The translations under genes and the position numbers were made by a program. Of a DNA stretch of 64,000 nucleotides, positions 13,866 to 25,100 are shown one piece after another. The DNA is from Centroscyllium fabricii. Its lineage: Eukaryota. Location of the stretch: assembly GCA_051313645.2 (NCBI GenBank), contig JBNRSN020000009.1:39804001-39868000 (forward strand). The letters are read 5' to 3'. Numbering within the stretch: the stretch's first letter is position 1; the number at the start of each line of letters is the position of its first letter. Below the pieces are notes generated by a model. It was not told where the DNA came from. It was given only the letters and a program-made list of their open reading frames with translations, and ran no database searches.

Positions 13866-14520
13866 GAAGATCGGAGGCCCGGTGCTCGACCTTCCACCCG
13901 AGAACAGGCCCATCGAACTTCAGAACTCCTGCACTTCGAGAAAGAAGATTGGAGGCCCGGTGCCCGACCTTCGGCCCGAGAGCAGGCCCAACGAGCTGCC
14001 GAACTCACGCACTCCGGCAGTGAAGATTGGAGGCCCGGTGCCCGACCTTCGGCCCGAGAACAGGCCCATCGAATTTCCGAACTGCCACACTTCGGGAAAG
14101 AAGATTGGAGGCCCGGTGCCCGACCTTCGGCCCGAGAGCAGGCCCATCGAACTTCCGAACTTCTGCACTTCAAGAAAGAAGATTGGAGGCCTGGTGCCCG
14201 ACCTTCGGCCCGAGAGCAGGCCCATCGAACTTCCGAACTCCTGCACTTCGAGAAAGAAGATTGGAGGCCTGGTGCCCGACCTTTGGCCCGAGAGCAGGCC
14301 CAACGAGCTGCCGAACTCCCGCACTCCGGGAGTGAAGATTGGAGGCCCGGTGCCCGACCTTCGGCCCGAGAGCAGGCCCAATGAGCTGCCGAACTCCCGC
14401 ACTCCGGGAGTGAAGATTGGAGGCCCGGTGACCGACCTTTGGCCCGAGAACAGGCCCAACGAATCGCTGAACTCCCGCACCATGGGAGCGAAGAACGGAG
14501 GTCTGGGGCCTACCCTTCGG
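13866..14520. repeat. 78-bp minisatellite, about 8.5 copies
   Basis: GAAGATTGGAGGCCCGG...-type unit starts at 13866, 13944, 14022, 14100, 14178, 14256, 14334, 14412 and 14490. Confidence 0.95.
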
Positions 14521-15017
14521 ACAGGTCTCCTGAAACCATCGAAATCCAACAACTTGAAAATTAAATTTAAATTTAAGCTTAAACCATCGGCCAGACTCTG
14601 CTGACTTTCCCAAGGGCCGATGTTTTAAAATCAAATTCAAAATAGTGAGGGGAAATATAATTTCAAGTAGATTTCAAGCAGCGCGCCACCATAACGACCG
14701 CTCCAGCCGGAGCACAGCGCCCCCCATGAAGTGCACCCAGTGGCAGTGTAAACCCCGGACACATTTCCTCCCAGTCCTGTGCTTTTAGCTGAAATATCTC
14801 GCCTCTGCTAGAAGCTAATGTGGTCTAAGACCGACAACTCGGTCACACGAACAAAGCCTGAGTGCGAATGTTGGTTGGGGCACATAACCTGGGCCTTGAA
14901 GCCTATGGGCACCACACTGTACTCCACCATCGCTCATGGTGAAGCACTGGCTGGTGGCATGTGACTGCGACCATTGTGCACTGTACAATTAAGATTTGTT
15001 TATTGATCCACCCCATT

Positions 15018-16275
15018 ACACGCAAATTACAGCACAGAAATAGGCCATTCGGTCCAACTGGTCTATGCCAGTGTTTATGCTCCTCCCACCCTACTTCATC
15101 TCACTTTATCAGCATATCCTTTTAATCCTTTCTCCCTCGTGTACATATCTAACTTCCCCTTAAATGCATCGATACTATTCGCCTCAACCACTCCCTGTGG
15201 TAGCGAGTTCCACATTCTAACCGCTCTCTAGGTAAAGAAGTTTCTCCTGAATTCCTTATTGTATTAATGGGCCAGAATTTCGGGTTTGCCTGTTGGTGGG
15301 CAACTAGGACCATGCGGAGCACTTAAGAAGCCCACCAACATCGGACTTTTTTTACGCTCTGGATTTTGGCTCGGCTCCGCCCCCTTCGTGCGCAACGTGG
15401 CAGTCCAGCCACGCTAGGTGCACAGTGTATGCCCCGCCCACAGATCCCAAATTTAAATAAAAAACGCCCCCAGATCCCTAATTTAAATTAAAAAATGCGC
15501 ACAGATCCCGAGTCGGACCTTTGTGAGAGCAGGGACGTGCGGAGCTGCACTCACAGACTCAGCGGGGAGCAGCGCGGGCACAGCAGCTTCTCAGAGGAAG
15601 AAACGCAAGGTAAGTCTCTGCCATTTTTTCTCTTAGATTTTTTAATAGCTAGATAGTTAAAGATTTCAGAAATTTAACTTTAAAAATTAGCGATTTGAAA
15701 CAGGTAAATTAACTTAAAATCGGATTTGTAAATTTAAAAAAAAAACTTTAACTTAAAAATTTAACACTACCGATCTGGCCACATTACTCCCCAAAACTGT
15801 TAAAACTTAAAATTAAAGGTAAAAAAGTAACTTACCCTGTTTAAGAACGTTTTTCTCTCCCTCACGCACGAGTTACTGCAGCTTTTTTCATGTGCATCTC
15901 AGGGCTCCGTTGCCCACAGAATCACAGAAAAAAAAGCACCCTTTTGGAGCCCAAATTCTGGGTGCAACTCACTCGTGCGTTTGATGCTGAGGGCCCTTCT
16001 CCCTCAGCATCGGAAATCTCGGATCCGTGGGCATCTCGGATCCGTGGGCATCTCTGTGGGCATCTGCTTTGAGGCACCGGAAATTCTGGCCCAATAATGA
16101 CTAGCTTATATTTATGGCCCCGGGGTCTTGAACTTCCCCACAAATTGAAACGTCTTCTCTATGTCTGCCCGATCACACCCGTTCATAAAGACCCCTATTC
16201 GGTCACCCCTCAGCCTTCTCATTTCTAGAGAAAAGAGACCCAGCCTGTTCAATCTTCCCTGATAGGTATAACTTC
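15018..16275 (-). mobile_element. Older CR1 3' fragment split by a MITE (15269-16092)
   Basis: Degenerate CR1 ORF2 and 3' UTR on the - strand, continuous across the MITE. Confidence 0.7.
15269..16092. mobile_element. Harbinger-like MITE
   Basis: TIRs GGGCCAGAATTTC / GAAATTCTGGCCC, 3-bp TSD AAT. Confidence 0.85.
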
Positions 16276-16590
16276 ACAGGAAATGTAATTAATGTAGAAT
16301 GAATGGACTGATAGCTAAGTAAATAGGAATACATTGTGAACTATATGCAAACCCACAGTCATTGGCTCAAAGGAGTCTGGACCCAGAACTGGAATATCGT
16401 AACTAAAATCCGAAACTACTGCACAACCTCCTCCAGACCAGGGTTTTGTCACAAACCTGTGAGTTAGCAATTTGTTGGGTTTTGCACCCATTTCAATGGA
16501 ACATCAAATTGTCCTGCAACTCCTCTCACCCACCCCACTAGCCCATCCCGCACACACCCTGAGAAACTTTTTTTAAATGTTCGTGAAAGG

Positions 16591-17590
16591 TGACATGGCA
16601 AATGCACTATAATGTGGATAAATGTGAGGTTATCCACTTTGGGGGCAAAAACAGGAGGGCAGATTATTATTTAAATGGCAATAGATTGGGAGATGGGGAA
16701 GTGCAGAGAGACCTGGGTGTTCTTGTGCACCAGTCACTGAGGGTGAGCATGCAGGTGCAACAGGCGGTTAAGAAGGCAAATGGTATGTTGGCCTTCATAT
16801 CAAGAGGGTTCGAGTATAGGAATAAGGATACCTTACTACAGCTGCACAAGGCACTGGTGAGACCACACCTTAAGTATTGTGTACAGTTTTGGTCACCTCA
16901 TCTGAGGAAGAATGTTCTTGCCATGGAAGGAGTGCAGCGGCGATTCACCAGGATGATACCTGGAATGGCAGGAATGACCTACGAGGAGAGATTGTGTAGT
17001 TTGGGCTTGTACTCGCCGGAGTTTAGAAGATTGAGAGGGGATCTCATCGAAACATATAAAATTCTGACAGGCCTGGACAGGTTAGATTCAGAAAGAATGT
17101 TTCCAATGGCGGGTTTTCCAGAACCAGGGGCCACAGTCTAAGGATAAGGGGTAAACCATTTAGGACAAATATGAGGAAGAATTTCTTCACCCAGAGAGTG
17201 GTGAGCCTGTGGAATTCCTTGCCACAGAGGGCAGTGGAGGCCAGTTCATTAAATATATTTAAGAGGGAATTGGATATATTTCTTCAGGCTAAAGGGATTA
17301 AGGGTTACGGAGAGAAGGCGGGGACGGGGTACTGAACTTGAAAGATCATAATGTGGAGGTGCCGGTGTTGGACTGGGGTGGACAAATGCAAGAAGTCACA
17401 CAACACCAGATTATAGTCCAACGGTTTTATTTTAAATCACAAGCTTTCGGAGCTTCTGCCGCTTCGTCAGGTGAAAGAGAGTCATGATCAGCCATGATCT
17501 CAGCCAACGATCAGCCATGATCTCATTTAATGGCGGAGCAGGCTCGAAGGGCCGAATGGCCTACTCCTGCTCCTATCTTCTATGTTTCTA
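16591..17590 (+). mobile_element. CR1 LINE 3' fragment with a Penelope-like insertion at about 17350-17478
   Basis: WQMHYNVDKCEVIHFG...RDLGVLV...LVRPHL.YCVQFWSP and a CTATGTTT tail. Confidence 0.93.
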
Positions 17591-18614
17591 TGACATTAGC
17601 ACTAGCTAACTCCAAAGCACTTGTATCTAATTTGAACAGAGAAATTCTGAGCCACAGGAGGTATAATTGCATCGCTGTGAACAGCCCCAGCTTTGTCTGT
17701 CAAAATGAATGCTCGTTAATTATTGATGTTCTGCAGAAATGTAAAAGATTGAATCGGGTTCAACTTAGACTCCCAATAATGAGATGGACTGTAGAAATAG
17801 GTCATGGTGATTTTTCAATAATCCTCTCATGGCTTTTGGAGCCTTTTATGAAGTAATCTTCTTTTAAATTCAAGTTGTGTTTTGTCATCTGAATTGTGTG
17901 TTGTTGCTAATGATTTTTAATCTGTATCCAGTGAAGGATGATGCTTGTTCTGCTGTCCGCAGCGTAGCTAATGGCAGGCAAACCTAATGTGAACCAGAAC
18001 ATTTAATTAATAGCTGTTGTATTTGTAGACTTCCCCCACCCCCCGCTCCCCTCCGCCTACCCTGACAGAATTGCATCTGTTAGTGCAAGTGTCCTGTGTT
18101 GCGAATGTCTAATACTGAGAACTAAATTGTTCTTTCAGTTAATTCAATGGAATCTCTTAGTCTAACTCATTCTTTCCCAGGACTTCAACACTGTGGAACC
18201 CCTGCCCTTCCTTCTATAGTCTACAGGGTCTTGAGGGCCAAGGTTGGTGCCACCCAGTGACTACGGGGGTGATTTCCCCGAAGGTGCGGGAACCTGGCGG
18301 GGATTGGTCGGGTCGGGTTTCTGTCCCGCCCATCCAAGGGCCTGGAAACCCGACGAAATTTTCATGAAATCGATCAATTAAATCCCTGCGTGCGGGGAGC
18401 CCCTTGTAATTGCCTGAGTCGAGTCAGCAATTAAGGCGCTGCAGCGGGCAGCGAGGTGCTTGACAGACAGTTCCAGGGACTGTCTGTTGACAGTTCCCAA
18501 TGAAAAAACTCCATTGTGACATCACAATGGAGTGCAACCAATTGGAAAGGCCAAGTGCTTTGACTGACAGGTGGACAGGCAGGCTGCAAATCTTTGACAG
18601 CTAGGGAGCGTCTC

Positions 18615-19402
18615 AAGTTCAAGTTCAATTTTATTTGTCATTGTACAGCGAACAAACACCATACAACGAAATGCTTACTGCTACCCGACACACCGTGCAA
18701 CAACAACAACAACCGCGCAACAATTAAGCTGCCCGGCGCGAACGAGCCCGCAAGACGTCAGCCAAACTACGGCGCCATCATCGAGTATCCCGTTCCTGCT
18801 CTGGCCACTCAACCGTTGGTAAAATTATCCTCTCTCGCCCAGTCAATTCGCTCTGCCACTGTTCCTAGCGTGGCCGCTCTCAGTCCGACTCCCCGAATCC
18901 ACGGAGCTCCGAACTCCGGGCACAGCGTCATGAGGCCTGAAGCCTAGCCCTCTCCGAGTGCTCCATCCCAGCTCCCCTGAGCTCCGAACTCCAGCGCCCG
19001 ACACAGGCTCCCCGAGCTCCAGCGCCCGACACAGGCTCCCCGAGCTCCAGCGCCCGACACAGGCTCCCCGGAGCTCCAGCGCCCGACACAGGCTCCCCGA
19101 GCTCCAGCGCCCGACACAGGCTCCCCGAGCTCCAGCGCCCGACACAGGCTCCCCGAGCTCCAGCGCACGATGCAGGCTCCTCGGAACGCCAAGCCAAGGC
19201 CGTCCCGACACCCCGGAGGTCCGAACCCTGGACCGAGGCCGAACTGATGCGGCGTCCTGGGGCTGAACTGTGCCCCGCATCTCACCGGCTCTCACCCGGC
19301 GCCGCCGACGTCAAATGGCGGTCGACCAGAACGAATTGACTCCCCGAAGAGGAGTCGAGGTACAGCCGCCCGATGGCGGCCGTCCTGCCAGACCCGGAAC
19401 CG
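18615..19402 (-). mobile_element. Non-coding non-LTR element with a 28-bp minisatellite, nested in a MITE
   Basis: GACAAATAAA plus (TTGAAC)n tail, TSD GTCTC (18610-18614 and 19403-19407). GAGCTCCAGCGCCCGACACAGGCTCCCC repeated about 6 times at about 18985-19180. Confidence 0.78.
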
Positions 19403-20277
19403 GTCTCTGAATGGATCTGTCAAGGTGAGGTTTTTAAGTATTTTCTCCACAGCTGGTCTTCACCCAAGGGAGTCACATACACCTCCAGGGTGCTGAAGGC
19501 CTGGAAAGCATTCTGCTCTAGGTCCTTCAATACCTTGAAGGAGAAAGTGACCAAGGCCACTGTGCTCCCGCTGGGTTTCACCAGCGGGGTTTCAGGATGG
19601 CGGAGTTTGGGTGGGAAGGACTGGAAAATAGGTGAGGGCCCTTAAAATGGCATTATGCAGACCAATTAAGGGCCCTCAATTACTTAAACGAGCGGCGGGC
19701 AGGAAAGTTTCGAGACGGTAGGACCAGTTTTGGTTGTGTCTCTGAGAAAAGCAAGACGGACTTTAAGGACTGCCTTTGCCACCACTGAGTGGGCGGGGCA
19801 TCACAGTGCAGGCAGCGCTCCTTTTCATTCAAGAATTCCATTGGGGTCCTTTGTGCGCCACAGGACCCTGATCTGCATACAGTAACGAGGCTCCTGCATG
19901 TTTCCGGTGGGAAGCCGTGGAGGCTTGTTTCGCGGCTTGCTCCAAGCTTGTGGCTGCCAGGATGTCGGCGTGACTAGAGTGGCACGTTCGTCATTCTGAC
20001 TTTGGTCTCGCTTGCTGCCCTGTTTCTCACCAAGAAACGGGCTGGTGGAGAAGCCAAAATCGGCCCCAGAATGTTTTCTTTCTCTTCGCCCGCCCGCCCA
20101 CACTGCTGGGGTTTAGTCCAATGTTTAAATGGAGAAAAAAACTAGTGATTTAATGCGCAAATTATCTCCTTGCATTAAATTCCCGTTTAGAAGTCATTCT
20201 TTTTGTAGAGTGATAGACTCAGCAGTTTGAAGATGGTTTGGTTGGAACAGTCAATCCAAAGTATTTTATGTAGTTAT

Positions 20278-20750
20278 CAATTCAATTCAATTCAAATTGC
20301 TTTATTGGCATGACAAGATACATCCTATGTTGCCAAAGCACAGAAAAAGAACATATACAATTGGACATACAAATGCATAACCAGACATATTGAATGAATA
20401 ACTATGCAAACACATACACACATCAAACACATATATATATACCCGCATACAGATCTTGTATGCTCTTCCTAGCTTCAATGGTCACTGGTTGTCCCTCTGC
20501 TTATGGCAAGCTGTGACGTAGTTTGCCACTAATTTTATACAGTCCCTCTGTTCCCCCAATAGATCTGGGAGTTTTTGGTGGTCGTTCAAATTTTTGAATT
20601 CAGGGCATGTTGTTACAAATTTTGGGAAGAAATTTCCCCTTATTCTCTGATAGTTTTCGCAAGCTATGAGGAAGTGCAGCTCTGTCTCCACCACTCCCTG
20701 ACTGCAGTGGGAGCACAGCCTTTCCTCTCTGGGCAGCCAAGTCTTTCTGT
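20278..20750 (-). mobile_element. Non-LTR retrotransposon 3' fragment with CCHC knuckle (RTE-X-like)
   Basis: WLPREERLCSHC...VETELHFLIAC..Y..IR, then AATAAA and a (TTGAA)n tail. Confidence 0.75.
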
Positions 20751-20943
20751 GTTATCAAAGGACTGCAATAGATCCATGGAGTAATGTTTTATGGTCTTTC
20801 ATTCTGTTTGTTCTGCTGTATTTCTCAAGAGTTTTTTATTTCTTCATTGACCATGGTTCTTGTACTGTGCTACTGAAACTAGATCAAGCCCTGTGAGACA
20901 GATGGGAATTATTTGCATTGCCACACTATCCTTTATCTTCCTT

Positions 20944-21264
20944 TTCTTCTTAGGCAGTCCCTCGGAATCGAGGATGACTTGCTTCCACATTAAAAATGAG
21001 TTCTCAGGTGACTGACGAGTCCAATGAGGGACCTACAGTCTCTGTCACAGGTGGGGCAGACGGTGGTTGAAGGGGCGGGTGGGTGGGGTGCTTGGGTTGA
21101 CGTGCGCTCCTTGCGCTGCCTGCGCTTGGCTTCCGCTTGCTCCCGGTGAAGAGACTCGAGGTGTTCGGCGCCTTCCCGGATGCTTCTCCTCCACTTTGTG
21201 CAGTCTTGGGCCAGGGATTCCCAGGTGTCATTGGGGATGTTACACTTTTTCAAGGAGGCTTTGA
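20944..21264 (-). mobile_element. RTE-clade LINE 3' fragment; second copy at about 44625-44817
   Basis: WESLAQD...WRR...VCPTCDRDCRS.IGL.SHLRTH, the C-terminal zinc finger typical of RTE. Confidence 0.85.
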
Positions 21265-21353
21265 GGCTTTATCCTTTATAAAGGGGACATAGCTGCAGAG
21301 TGACCAGTGCCTCACACGCTTCCCTCGTTCCCAGGTTTTACATTTTAAAACTA

Positions 21354-21799
21354 CAGGTTGCGCACCGGAAATCCGGCACGGGCGGGACCAGGCCCGTGCC
21401 GGGAAAGTGAAAAAACCGGCAGAATGAAGTCGGTCAGTGCTGCAAAATGGCCGCGCGCATGCGCACAACATTGGAAATGGCCGCTGAACGTCTTTGTGGA
21501 GTCTCAGCTGACAGCCAGCAGGCTGCTCTGGGAAACGCGCGCTTCACCTTGGCGGGTGCTCGGGACTTGCACATTCAAAGCGCGGCGCGAGCCGCCGCGC
21601 CCTGACGCCACGGAAGGCCCGGCGGCCGTTTTGAATGATCTGCGCATGCGTGAGCCGTCTGGCGGCGCATGCGCAGATCATTCGCCGAAGCTGCGATCGC
21701 GGCTGCCATCGTGCGCATGCGCAGTGCAGTCGGGGCAATTTGTTCCGGCAGACTGAAGCTGCCGGCGTTTCGGGTCACGGATTTTCGGTGCACAACCTG
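21354..21799. mobile_element. Tc1/mariner (Tigger-like) MITE; relatives at 34046-34543, 36228-36627 and about 4296-4604
   Basis: TA-flanked CAGGTTG.GCACCG / CGGTGC.CAACCTG TIRs and many internal TGCGCATGCGC palindromes. Confidence 0.85.
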
Positions 21800-22188
21800 T
21801 ACTGGGAAAAGGCACAATCTGGCGGACCTTTCCTACCTCATCCATTTGCCCCTCTCCATCTTTCTCTCCCTCCTTCCCCTTTGTGATAAACGTGTATATC
21901 ACTTGTATATAGTTAACTACCATGTATCACGATGTAACCTTGTAAATACCTGCACTGTACTATACTGTGAGATGATACCTGGGACATGCCCAGGTTGGCT
22001 CCGCCCATGACTCCTCCCCGCAGGAGGAGGTATATAAGTGACTGCTCCCATCCCCCATGCCATTCCTGGGGACAGTCAGCTTGCTGGTGCATGTTCCAAA
22101 TGTAGTGAATAAAAGCCTGATTGTTCTAACCTACTACTCGCCTCCGAGGACGTTATTGAAGGTTACAATTTTATTCACTACTGTTAAA

Positions 22189-25100
22189 ATGGATACCACG
22201 ATGCTCAAGCCAGCAGTTTTCGAATTGGATCCCCGATCATCAGGAGCATCGAACGCCTTCTCACACTGGCGCAGTGTGTTCGAAGAGTACCTCAGAGCCA
22301 ATGCAGCGGTCATAGTGACCGAAGAGCAAAAACGGCGACTCCTCCACGCCCGGGTGGGCCCTCAGGTGTACTCGATAATAGTGGACGCCTCATCGTTCCA
22401 GGAGGCCATCAGGATTCTCGAGACGGAGTACAATCGGGCCTCAACGGACTTATCCTCATACTCAAGTAACTATACAGGCCCAGCCCCGCAATCTTGGACA
22501 GGGCCGGCGCAACGACCGGCAGAAGAACTAATCACAGCTGCCCACGCGAAAACGGCAGCCAAATGCTACTTTTGTGGACAATCTCAGCACTCAAGACGCA
22601 GCTGCCCTGCTAGAGAAGCGACCTGCTCGAAATGCGACAAGAAAGGACATTATGCGAAGGTCTGTAAAAACACTAGCATAAAATCAAAACTGGGTAGCGC
22701 CGCGTGTGGAACATGGGAGCAGCCATATTGGGCTCACCCATCCCCCACTCAGTATCCCTCGTGGCAGCAGCAGCAACAGAGGCCATCTTGGACTCAGCCT
22801 CCACCGCCACAGTACCGCACATGGCGGCAGCCATCTTGGGGAGCGAACTCGGAGGACTACTATCCGGATCAAGACAACTCGGAGGACCCGGTGTTAGCAT
22901 CAATGATCATAGACCAGAGGAAGACTCAACCGCTGGAGAAATCTATGATGCCGGTGGAAATCAACGGTAAAGAGGTGGTGTGCCTGTTCGACAGCGGGAG
23001 CACAGTAAGTTTTATATACCAAAGTACTGTAAAGCGCCTCTCCCTTAGAGTAATCCCTGCGCGCCAGAGAATATCTATGGCGTCCAAGTCGGAATATGCT
23101 GACGTCACCGGGCGCTGCATTGTAACACTTAATGTCCAGGGCGCAATGTTTAACGATTTTAGTTTTTACGTGCTGCCGCAGCTCTGCGCCCCCCTACTCC
23201 TGGGACTGGATTTCCAGTGCCACCTCCAGAGCGTTACGATGGCATTCGGCGGACCCCTTCCCTCACTCACGGTCAGAAACCGCGGCTCAAGGCGGTACCC
23301 CCAGCACATTACCTGTGGCCTCTCGACCCTTAAGGTTGCCCCTCCATCCCTCTTTGCCAACCTCACCCCAGACTGCAAGCCCGTCGCCACCAAAAGTAGG
23401 CGCTACAGTGCTGGGGACATGGCATTTATAAAATCTGAGGTGCAGCGCCTCCTAAAAGAGGGGGTAATAGAGGCCAGTAATAGCCCCTGGAGAGCGCAGG
23501 TAGTGGTAGTAAAAACCGGAGAGAAGAACCGGATGGTTGTGGACTACAGCCAGACCATAAACCGGTTCACCCAACTAGATGCCTCCCCCCTCCCCCGGAT
23601 AGCGGACATGGTGAACCAAATCGCCAAATTTAAAGTGTACTCCACGATCGATCTTAAATCGGCTTATCACCAGCTTCCCATCCGCCCAGAGGACCGTCTT
23701 TATACAGCCTTCGAGGCTGACGGTCGCCTCTACCACTTCCTTAGGGTGCCGTTTGGCGTCACGAATGGGGTCTCGGTCTTCCAAAGGGAGATGGACCGAA
23801 TGGTTGATCGGTACGGGCTGCGAGCCACTTTCCCGTATCTTGATAATGTGACCATCTGCGGCCATGATCAGCAGGACCATGACGCCAACCTCCAAAAATT
23901 TCTCCACACGGCCAAAACCCTGAACTTAACGTACAATAAGGAGAAATGTGTATTTAGCACCGGCCGTCTGGCCATCCTCGGCAGCGTGGTGGAGAATGGA
24001 GTCATCGGTCCAGACCCGGACCGCATGCACCCCCTCATGGAGCTCCCCCTCCCCCACTCCCCCAAAGCCCTTAAACGGTGTTTGGGATTTTTCGCCTATT
24101 ATGCCCAGTGGGTCCCTAATTATGCGGACAAAGCTCGCCCACTACTTAAATCGACCTCTTTTCCCCTCTCTGCAGAAGCCAACTCGGCGTTCTGCAGAAT
24201 TAAAAACGATATTGCCAAAGCCACGATGCACGCTGTGGATGAGTCCGTCCCATTTCAGGTAGAGAGCGATGCATCGGACTTTGCCCTGGCCGCCACCCTT
24301 AACCAGGCGGGCAGACCCGTGGCCTTCTTTTCACGTACCCTCCAAGGCCCCGAGACCCGCCACTCCTCAGTCGAAAAGGAGGCCCAGGCCATTGTTGAAA
24401 CAGTGCGGCATTGGAAGCACTACCTGGCCGGCAAACGTTTTACCCTACTGACTGACCAACGATCAGTCGCATTCATGTTCAACAACAAGGAACGGGGTAA
24501 AATAAAGAACGACAAGATATTAAGGTGGAGAATTGAACTATCTGTGTTCAATTACGATATCTTGTACCGGCCCGGGATATTTAACGAACCCCCAGACGCC
24601 CTATCCCGCGGTACCTGTGCCAGCGCACAGGCTGACCGCCTCCAAACCCTTCACAATGACCTCTGCCACCCGGGGGTCACCAGGTTGGTTCACTTTGTGA
24701 AGTCCCGCAACCTCCCCATCTCCATCGAGGAGGTCAAGACTCTGACCAGCAACTGCCAGGTCTGCGCGGAGTGCAAGCCGCACTTCTACCGGCCAGACCG
24801 GGCGCACTTGATCAAGGCCACTCGCCCCTTTGAACGACTCAGTGTCGATTTTAAAGGGCCCCTTCCCTCATCCAATAGGAATGTGTACTTTCTTAACGTT
24901 ATAGATGAGTACTCCCGCTTCCCCTTCGCTATTCCCTGCCAGGACATGACCTCCGCCACCGTCATCAAAGCCCTTAATAGCATCTTCTCCCTGTTCGGGT
25001 ACCCCAACTATATCCATAGTGACCGGGGGGCCTCTTTTATGAGTGACGAGCTGCGTCAGTTTCTGCTAGCCAAAGGCATCGCGACTAGCAGGACTACCAG

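Larger units (their letters stand above)
13144..14726 (-). mobile_element. Non-coding non-LTR element with an internal 78-bp minisatellite; truncated copy at about 11583-11945
   Basis: GACAATAAA plus (TTAC)n tail, TSD TGAAGT (13138-13143 and 14727-14732). About 300 bp of 3' end is shared with the 11583 copy. Confidence 0.75.

Noticed and set aside
13698-14640. Several 100-246-aa ORFs on both strands
   Set aside because: They arise from a GC-rich 78-bp (26-codon) tandem repeat; no domain or splice support.
18843-19295. Overlapping 89-150-aa ORFs
   Set aside because: They are products of the 28-bp minisatellite.
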